Shown here: positions 25,401 through 31,545 of the stretch, piece after piece
How the letters are laid out: the number at the start of each line of letters is the position of its first letter
How positions within the stretch are numbered: position 1 is the stretch's first letter
IMG/VR virus record: IMGVR_UViG_3300005805_000296
Location: 1-31,545 of that record
DNA: 31,545 bases
Reading direction: 5' to 3' (one strand)
Source: a virus
Taxonomy: Duplodnaviria > Caudoviricetes
Position numbers and translations under genes: made by a program
The notes under the pieces: generated by a model
The model's database searches: none
Seen by the model: only the letters and a program-made list of their open reading frames with translations
Told to the model about the DNA's origin: nothing

Positions 25401-27148
25401 AAAAAATGCAAAAGGAAGCCGTCAAGGCGGCAGCCGGTTCTCAATTGATTCCGACAGTAACCAGACTGATACAGGGAGATACGGTCGGCGCACTGAAGGC
25501 TATCGAAGAAAGAACTAAGAAGGTTTCAAAACTTGCTTCGGGTACGTATGGTGCACAGTCGGCCGAACTTGATCGCATGGTTAAAGACGGCGTTATCGAT
25601 AAATCCACAAGAGAGCGTGTGCTCAATGATCCATTAAAAACACAAAAGTTTTTTGACGACCTCAACAAGCAGGGTCCTGCACAGGTAAACGTTACAAAAT
25701 TGCTTGGTAAGAGTTTTAGTCGCAATCTCAGAGATCTTTCGCAAGCAAGTGGCAAAACAGAAAAAGAAATAATGGATTTGGCGCACAAGATGGGTGTGGA
25801 TCTAACCAATCCAATGCTCACGCTCAAAGACGCGATAACCGAATTGGGTGTTGGTGCTGTGAAGACAGCGAAAGAAATCAACTATGCGATAACAGACAAT
25901 TTGCTTGTCGGTCTCGAAAAGTTGGAAAAATGGTTGGACAGAAATGAACTCTCTAATGCGGTGGTGAACTCGCAAAACGCTTTCAATGCAGATCCAACGG
26001 AAGGAAGTTTCGTAACTGCAATTAGTGACGCGGTCAAGTTCACAACTGCCCAAACGCCGAATGATCCAATTATGGGTTTCTTGTCTTTGCGAAATCAGTT
26101 GTTCGGGCCAAACGCGGGTGCTTTCGGTGAAGGCGGTGCCCTAAATAAGGGTTTTAGCAAATTAACCCCTAAGCAGCAAGAAGAATTCCGTAGACAAAGC
26201 TCCGAATATATAACAAATACCGCGGGAGCAACCGCCGCAACATACACGACCAATGTTGGCGCAAAACTTGCTGATGCTGGCATGACATATTCGAGCGCTG
26301 CAGAAGGAAAAGAAATAGAAAGCGCAATTCAAAATCTTCTTCTGACAGGCACTTCGGAGCAAGTTCAGGCTTTAGATCAGTTTATTAAATATGGAAATTT
26401 TGAAGGCAAGGACATTAATCAATCCAACGCGGCACTCAAGAAGCTTCTTGGACTAGATAAGCCAGGTAGCACTACTTCGTTCGACTTCACAAGACGAACA
26501 GAAAACACCGAACTTAATCTAAAGCTAACCCCGATAGAAAAAGAAGTTCTTGATCAAATGACGGCAGCAATCAAGTCCGGATTCGGCAAACCATCCTGGT
26601 GGGATACCGGAGTTCCAGCATGGTGGCAAAAAGGTCTGAAAGCATCAACCGACAAAGCAGCGACAATCTCGCTATTGCCACCGGACGACACCTACACTCC
26701 TCGCGGAAAATCTGGAGATACTTCCACCAGTAAGAGGTTGCGATCCACTCTTGGTGCTCATGGCCGATTCAACTCACAACTCACTGGCAAGCGAACGATA
26801 ACAAGCGCTCTACGTTTCAACAATCTTGGTTCACCAAGCTCTGATCATGCAACCGGAAACGCATACGATCTAACCGGCCAGAATCTTGGCCAGTACGCGA
26901 AGATGGTTAATAGCTCCGGCGGTTTTGCAGAATTTCACGGCGTTAACGCCAATAGACATTTGCACGTTGTTCCTCGTTCTGGCGATACTTCAACTTCAAG
27001 ATCCGGTTCTGGCGACGCCTCCACCGGAGGGGCGCCCAATGTGACATTAAACGTTTATGCTGGCCCGAATATGAGCGTTGACGAACTTGTATCCAAAACT
27101 ATGCGCGCACAAGCTAAGGCGATTCGCGACGGATACGAAAGAAGGTAG
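22475..27148 (+). CDS. Tape measure protein with Gly-zipper/TM segments and a C-terminal M15-like (LAS) zinc peptidase domain
   Basis: 1557 aa, Ala/Gly-rich and helical, after the chaperones. ITSALR...SDHATGNAYD (H-x6-D, 26846-26869) ...HLHV (26957-26968). Confidence 0.92.
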   Translation: MADERVSIIIDVDVKDVASIAAVQGALANLNKSQKAQALSMRIMRGDSDKASKSLVGAAASANKLKDRLGKLGGATKILSKLFRVLMFAVIGMGIEFLITAAALASVNLIFAAGKFLAKSYNFAMQALAGAVAAVGVAAIGAAAAFREFTAAQSAFRYKGGDNVAAGIDSATGALQNLYQDSTLATAGITSLNEAFAAVGKNSAFTPQTQAGLRAMMDFAAASGDTSKGLSAAATFLGIVQKESKFTQEALAAAKQIGPEFDKAFKKLRGQGKINTTADFFELLKSGGLAKEAGVLGAGSIVQQTLFAQFKGVLTKLYGEMSSMGGQLLNPFKKTLNSMFVVVRTTMRRISTDLLRFGSKDFQSGMVTMTQKISNFSVTLFRKFLPAVDGFFGRINKVYVSMYRYTSRFLDVIRPLREGGSVIIETFGKPISEIFKSFGRNIQNLADLGVQNKDKFLAFGESLKTFVASFFDMSSGLKDAFTAALPIINQFIDAISLVMRLIGDVFRTLGKMGPLASFLGVFGVAAASLKGKRRGAGGVLGGLASRVNGVPGAMTDADGLSGAMSAAGNKLSGSGDKLNAAADNLNRAASSQVQATAQMSNMLTTQMSALSQMGAQSMGGYTKPVLSGGKRLKDGTYAAPPRPLGMPQQMYDHQLKLWNNQMAISDGDMSSVFGPAGSLGYAEGMANMHGTVGLEDLYTAGGATSGFDLGDFDIGAATKDKNAMHYKRMEKLDETVLRMKNNTAAAAAGMPAVDPFGVPSSSMTVDPFGDPTGSGLTGATTGGGSFRRFLKRPNKQEFKDFMRQRGVAGKRGFKGIFTEDKLGLKKLGTGFLGGGAAKERYMASMEADSKAGRKPSRGRALKAGIGANLGLASMALGMGASKLAGRYGSEESQSSLQAGAAMAAMSPLAGAAVAGLGTMMTSQTRAGGVASGALGGAAAGALIGSVIPGVGTALGALIGGAGGAIAGWIKSGSNMKKMQKEAVKAAAGSQLIPTVTRLIQGDTVGALKAIEERTKKVSKLASGTYGAQSAELDRMVKDGVIDKSTRERVLNDPLKTQKFFDDLNKQGPAQVNVTKLLGKSFSRNLRDLSQASGKTEKEIMDLAHKMGVDLTNPMLTLKDAITELGVGAVKTAKEINYAITDNLLVGLEKLEKWLDRNELSNAVVNSQNAFNADPTEGSFVTAISDAVKFTTAQTPNDPIMGFLSLRNQLFGPNAGAFGEGGALNKGFSKLTPKQQEEFRRQSSEYITNTAGATAATYTTNVGAKLADAGMTYSSAAEGKEIESAIQNLLLTGTSEQVQALDQFIKYGNFEGKDINQSNAALKKLLGLDKPGSTTSFDFTRRTENTELNLKLTPIEKEVLDQMTAAIKSGFGKPSWWDTGVPAWWQKGLKASTDKAATISLLPPDDTYTPRGKSGDTSTSKRLRSTLGAHGRFNSQLTGKRTITSALRFNNLGSPSSDHATGNAYDLTGQNLGQYAKMVNSSGGFAEFHGVNANRHLHVVPRSGDTSTSRSGSGDASTGGAPNVTLNVYAGPNMSVDELVSKTMRAQAKAIRDGYERR

Positions 27149-27150
27149 TT

Positions 27151-27846
27151 ATGGCCATTTCGCAATCCGGAAGACAAATAGTCAATGCTGGTGTAAAAAT
27201 TTCTCTTGGTGACTACGGCGATGTATCACTCACAAAAGGTCAGCCGCCAATCATGGTTCAGATAGCTGGAGTTGATGGTAAACCACCAAAAGAATTTCAA
27301 TTTCCTTTTAGACCGCTTCCAATTCAGTTTGAGGGATTTGGTTTGGAGTTGTCGGAAATTGAACGACCATACGATGTTCCTATTGTAAACGTGAAATCTG
27401 GAAAGCTGAGAAGATTCAACTTTGATGCTCCGCTGTCGATGTTCGATGACGGTATACAAGACGATCTGGAAAGTAAAGAAGTTGTTCTTAGGCAAATGGC
27501 CGACGATGGAATTCCGGTTAGGTTTTTAAAAATGCCTCCGGCAGTAACAACTCTCAATTGGTATATAACAGAGTTGGGGATAACTACGGATAGAACTACA
27601 GTTGCGGGCGCAGTGGTCAGGGTTAGCGCAAGCATGTCGTTCACCGAGTTTGAAGCGTCTAAAACAAAATTCATATTTTTGAGTCCGATTTCCTATGGTG
27701 TGCCGACAGGAAATACGGCGGCCACCGTCGGAAATGCCGTGACGACTGGTAGCGCTTTGGGCTGGGATAAAATATTGGAGCAAGAAATAAGAAAAAATCG
27801 TGAAGAAGCAGGACTAGAAGGCCGCGAAGCCCCAGCTGGCTCTTAG
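27151..27846 (+). CDS. Putative tube initiator / baseplate protein (P2 gpU-like position)
   Basis: Immediately after the tape measure; FQFPFRP, EIERP, WYITEL...ASMSFTE. Confidence 0.6.
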   Translation: MAISQSGRQIVNAGVKISLGDYGDVSLTKGQPPIMVQIAGVDGKPPKEFQFPFRPLPIQFEGFGLELSEIERPYDVPIVNVKSGKLRRFNFDAPLSMFDDGIQDDLESKEVVLRQMADDGIPVRFLKMPPAVTTLNWYITELGITTDRTTVAGAVVRVSASMSFTEFEASKTKFIFLSPISYGVPTGNTAATVGNAVTTGSALGWDKILEQEIRKNREEAGLEGREAPAGS

Positions 27847-27861
27847 TAGGGTTGATCCATA

Positions 27862-29403
27862 ATGGCAAAAAACCTACCTCTTCCGTATTACCCAACAGCC
27901 GCTGACGCAAGAATTTTAGAAGCAGACATCATCGAATACGGAAATATTGACCTACTTCTTCGTGTTGCAAAAAGAACAAAAAAAGACCCGCAAGCAATCC
28001 AAACACTAGTTCCATATACTTTTCAACGAAAGTTTTTGGTGTCTTTTACGGCCGACAATAAACCTGTATATCGCAACTTTCAGGTTGCTGCTCCGACGAT
28101 AGACCCAGACGGAAACAAGCTAACAGACAAAGCCGCCGAAAACCTTTACTATCAGACAGAAGCACATCTCGGAATTTTTGCCAACAAAAAAGTTGCAGAG
28201 AAATATTTAAAAAAATTATCTCAGGCTAATGGTTTTGTTCAAAAAACGATCATACCCGCAAATCAAGAAACAGTCGAAAACTCTATAGGTTTAAGCACCT
28301 TTAGTTATTTGACAACACCATTCGATATATATAAAACCAATACAATTCCCAAAGAAATTCTGACAAAACTCAACAGAAATGTTAATCGGCTTGGTGAACT
28401 AATTTCAATTCCCGGAATACCCGCATTGTCTGAAGCAGGCAAAACAATTGCGTCGAATTTGACGTCAATAAGCGTTGATTACAAAATGGCAGAAACAACT
28501 GAGGTTACCGTCTCATTGATCGACCCGAACTATTACATGATGGAAAATAATTACTTTGTTCCAAGACGAGTGATCCAATATCGTGGCAGAGAGTTTGAAA
28601 TAGCCGTTATTGATGTTAATGTTCAGGATTCTGTTCCATCAATAGAACTTCAGCTTCGCTCTCGTGCCGTGCAGAGAATGAAAAGAGATAAAACACCAAA
28701 AAACTTTGCTGCCGCGAATGGCTATGAGCTTGCAAAAAAATTAGCCTTTCAGTATGGTCTAAGATTTTTGGGCGAACCCAACCCGGCGAAGGTTCAGACG
28801 GTAGCAAAATTCAATTCAAAGGATGTCGACGAATCGGCTTGGAATGTTTTGACTCGAACCGCCGGAGATGGCCAATCGGTGTGTTTTGAAATGGATGGGA
28901 CTTTAATATACGCCTCGGAAAGATATTTGATGGGTGTTCTTGGTATTATCAGGGGCGAAGACGTGGGGGTTATAACTGCCAGTGGTACTAATAAAAAATA
29001 TGTTCCACTTGCATACCTTCCAAAACATTGGCTTGCTGATCCGTATTATGGAAATTCCGACATTGTTGATGTAATGGATGAATTCCCGTTGATTCAGTGG
29101 CCGGAATTTAGGACATCAGATAACGACCCTCTCGAGGCTTCTGGGTCATGTCGGGTTGCGCGACCAAACGGCTGTTTATTGAGACCAGGACATACTGCGC
29201 TTGTTGGGCCGTTGCCAACATTTTTTGCTGGCTACTATTTGATAGACGCAGTATCTTTTCGGGAATGCACAAATGAGCCAGTTGAAGTAAGTTTTAAAAC
29301 CCCAGAAAAACCCAAAGATCAAAAGAAACCCTCGACGGGAATTAGACCAGGAAAGAGAAGTTTTGCTTCTTTTGCCATAAAACCAGCACCCACGAACTCA
29401 TAG
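27862..29403 (+). CDS. Baseplate hub (P2 gpD / T4 gp27-like) with N-terminal extension
   Basis: KLAFQYGL, ESAWNVLTR...CFEMDGTL, LRPG...GYYLIDAV. Confidence 0.75.
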   Translation: MAKNLPLPYYPTAADARILEADIIEYGNIDLLLRVAKRTKKDPQAIQTLVPYTFQRKFLVSFTADNKPVYRNFQVAAPTIDPDGNKLTDKAAENLYYQTEAHLGIFANKKVAEKYLKKLSQANGFVQKTIIPANQETVENSIGLSTFSYLTTPFDIYKTNTIPKEILTKLNRNVNRLGELISIPGIPALSEAGKTIASNLTSISVDYKMAETTEVTVSLIDPNYYMMENNYFVPRRVIQYRGREFEIAVIDVNVQDSVPSIELQLRSRAVQRMKRDKTPKNFAAANGYELAKKLAFQYGLRFLGEPNPAKVQTVAKFNSKDVDESAWNVLTRTAGDGQSVCFEMDGTLIYASERYLMGVLGIIRGEDVGVITASGTNKKYVPLAYLPKHWLADPYYGNSDIVDVMDEFPLIQWPEFRTSDNDPLEASGSCRVARPNGCLLRPGHTALVGPLPTFFAGYYLIDAVSFRECTNEPVEVSFKTPEKPKDQKKPSTGIRPGKRSFASFAIKPAPTNS

Positions 29404-29416
29404 AAATTTTGAAAAC

Positions 29417-29854
29417 ATGAACGACAACAGCCAGGGAATAAGAAAAAATCAACAAAAGGCGTCATCGGCGCCCGGTGCTGTATCTGGTGTATTTATCGGA
29501 AATTGCGTTCGAATCAGTGGCGGTGTTTATATAACAATTCCAACTGCCACAAAAGGTGAAAAAATAATTTTTGGCCCCTGTAAGACGGTGGGTCTTTATC
29601 CGGCCGTTGGCGACAGAGTTCTTTGTACGTTTTTGGAAAACAGGAATGACGAAGTTGTTGTTCTTGGAAAAGTGATTCAGTCAAACGTTCTCACAAATAC
29701 CGGAACCCCAACTGTCGCGACGCATGCAACAACAAAAGAATACGTTGACTCGAAGGCAATCGTCCTTCAGAATCAAATTAATACCCTAACCTTGGCGCTT
29801 ACGGCATTGACAAATAGATATAACTCGCACATTGCTCATCCGCCTCCGGCTTAA
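29417..29854 (+). CDS. Baseplate spike (gpV-like OB-fold N-terminus)
   Basis: PAVGDRVLCTF...VVVLG; C-terminal YNSHIAH. Confidence 0.7.
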   Translation: MNDNSQGIRKNQQKASSAPGAVSGVFIGNCVRISGGVYITIPTATKGEKIIFGPCKTVGLYPAVGDRVLCTFLENRNDEVVVLGKVIQSNVLTNTGTPTVATHATTKEYVDSKAIVLQNQINTLTLALTALTNRYNSHIAHPPPA

Positions 29855-29878
29855 CATTCATTTAATAGCACCAGAAAG

Positions 29879-29887
29879 TGGCAGAAT
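29879..29887 (+). promoter_or_regulatory. Extended -10 (TGgCAGAAT), leaderless
   Basis: 6 nt upstream of ATG 29894; no SD. Confidence 0.45.
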
Positions 29888-29893
29888 GTAACT

Positions 29894-30187
29894 ATGTCCA
29901 TATTCAAAATTCCCTTTGCGGTCGTCAATGGATCTGTGGCAAAACACGCATCTGGTACCATTGAAGCGTACGCGCAAATCGTTACATTTGCCGTCAAAAC
30001 GCTGCGCGAAGAATTACCAATGGAGCCAACCTTTGGAATTACCGATCCCGTTTTTGACCCGGAAAACGCAAACGAGGCTGTGGCTGTACTTAAGCAATTC
30101 TGGCCAGAAATAGTTTTAACTGATTTCAAAATATCCACCATTAACAACAGCGGTGTAGTCGACGTAAAAATACAGATTGGTAATTAA
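29894..30187 (+). CDS. Baseplate wedge subunit (T4 gp25 / P2 gpW-like)
   Basis: EELPMEPTFGITDPVFD; 97 aa, directly before baseplate J. Confidence 0.8.
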   Translation: MSIFKIPFAVVNGSVAKHASGTIEAYAQIVTFAVKTLREELPMEPTFGITDPVFDPENANEAVAVLKQFWPEIVLTDFKISTINNSGVVDVKIQIGN

Positions 30188-30190
30188 AAC

Positions 30191-31545
30191 ATGGGATCCA
30201 TTGACTTTAGCGACTACATCGATTTAACCATCGAGGACGAATCTCCGGAAACGATATATGAAGACGCGGTTGAATACGGCCGCAATACTCTTCCAGAACT
30301 AAACCTTAGAGCTGGAACCCTGGAAGACGCACTGTTGCAATCTTTTGCCTATGTCGGATCACAAACGATTGGCGCAATAAATAGACTGCCGGACGGGCTA
30401 ATGGAGGGAATTCTAAAGTTGCACGGCCTGACAAGGCTTGAAGCCACGTTTTCTACAGTGGAAGTTGAATTCACGGTACTGGATGATGGATCATCTGTAC
30501 CAGCAGGGACAACGGTAATTTTTCAAGACCCGGTAGACGGAGAACAATATCCGTTCAGTTTGTCGGAGACGGTCACCGCTAATAGTGGAGAGTTTATTGT
30601 TAGCGGCACGGTGACGAGCACGACTGCTGGTCCTGTTCCAGATATCACAATTGGAACAACTTTGCTGATCTCCGAACCAAGCTCAAATGTTCTTTTCTGT
30701 GAGACAGTATCCACCGTTTTGAATGGAAATTCAGACGAAACAACAGACCAATTTCTAGCCAGGGGAACGACATACCTTCAGTCTTTGTCGCGCGTTCTAA
30801 CAACATCCCTACAGGTTCAAAATTATATTTTGAGCACATTCCCAGATGTGGAGAGATGCAAAGTTTACGATCTTGCACGGGCAGTAACTTTTGATCCAGG
30901 AACATCTCTGAATGTTTCCAGAACCGGTACGGCAGCAACAATCGCCACGAATTCCGCATTCTCTGCTGCTTCTGCCGGCAATCCAACATACAGGGTTCTT
31001 ACCCCAGATTTTTTTGGGGACACAACCTATACGGCGTTCGAGTCTGGGACGTATTCGGGAACTTTTTCTGGAAACAACCTGAACGTCACTTCGACAATAA
31101 GCGGAACCACAACAACCGGCCCGGCAAAAGTTGTCAATTTAAGCAAGTTGGATTTGTTTGAAATTGAAGGAAACCCTGCACCTGGATTTTTCTGTATTTT
31201 CATATGCGGACAGGATGGAACACCTCTTTCAAATGAATTAAAACAAGAAATTGAAGATTCTATTTCCGACAGAATAGTTGCTGGTTTATCATTTGAGATT
31301 CTCGATGTTTTTGTTTACGACATCAAATTCAATGTATCGATTGCTGTCGAAAGCGGATTTGTGGCAGCTGACGTGGTGCTTGCAGTAGCAGAAGAAATAG
31401 AATCATCCATATCTCCGGATGCATGGGAAAACTGGGACAAACTTGTAAGAATTTTTGATCTCGTCGTTCAGGCATCAAAAATCCCTGGCGTTTCGTATGT
31501 CTATTCCGTGTCTGGCGCAAGTATTCCTTCTTCGGAGACCGCCCC
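30191..31545 (+). CDS. Baseplate J-like protein (3' end outside window)
   Basis: Not in the ORF track. ATG 30191 MGSIDFSDY...; GLTRLEAT, VPAGT, GNSDETTDQFLAR, FPDVERCKV, IPGVSYV; in frame at the window edge. Confidence 0.9.
   Translation, partial: MGSIDFSDYIDLTIEDESPETIYEDAVEYGRNTLPELNLRAGTLEDALLQSFAYVGSQTIGAINRLPDGLMEGILKLHGLTRLEATFSTVEVEFTVLDDGSSVPAGTTVIFQDPVDGEQYPFSLSETVTANSGEFIVSGTVTSTTAGPVPDITIGTTLLISEPSSNVLFCETVSTVLNGNSDETTDQFLARGTTYLQSLSRVLTTSLQVQNYILSTFPDVERCKVYDLARAVTFDPGTSLNVSRTGTAATIATNSAFSAASAGNPTYRVLTPDFFGDTTYTAFESGTYSGTFSGNNLNVTSTISGTTTTGPAKVVNLSKLDLFEIEGNPAPGFFCIFICGQDGTPLSNELKQEIEDSISDRIVAGLSFEILDVFVYDIKFNVSIAVESGFVAADVVLAVAEEIESSISPDAWENWDKLVRIFDLVVQASKIPGVSYVYSVSGASIPSSETA

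Noticed and set aside
22582-26362. Long minus-strand ORFs (236-258 aa) within the tape measure
   Set aside because: Antisense shadows of Ala/Gly-rich coding sequence, with no recognisable motifs.
1-31545. Stop-codon reassignment, DGR, tRNA or integrase/IS elements
   Set aside because: Genes are intact in the standard code, with TAA, TAG and TGA all used as stops. No reverse transcriptase, transposase or tRNA-like sequence seen; intergenic gaps are short.

Overview
This window is part of a tailed dsDNA phage genome with a contractile tail (myovirus type). Several extended -10 elements sit 6-7 nt before an ATG, implying leaderless mRNAs and suggesting an actinobacterial host (inference). Left arm (minus strand, head module): a small 2-TM protein, a portal-MuF fusion, a 729-aa multidomain HK97-type prohead protease, two Cys-rich proteins (one with tandem PepSY-like domains), and a >1060-aa ORF that runs off the window edge and carries two duplicated HExxH zincin domains. 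Right arm (plus strand): terminase large subunit, a recombination block (Rad52-like, PD-(D/E)XK, HNH, RuvC-like, IbrB/ParB-like) interrupted by an inverted two-gene cassette, then neck, sheath, tube, a -1 frameshifted tail chaperone, a tape measure with a C-terminal M15-like peptidase, and baseplate genes. The most interesting signal is a recurring G-[LPV]-x-G-A-[MLT] motif at domain boundaries of predicted virion proteins. It suggests polyproteins that are cut into cargo modules (zincins, a sigma70-region-4-like HTH), with a PepSY protein as a candidate protease regulator. All family calls come from motif recognition by eye; no searches were run.
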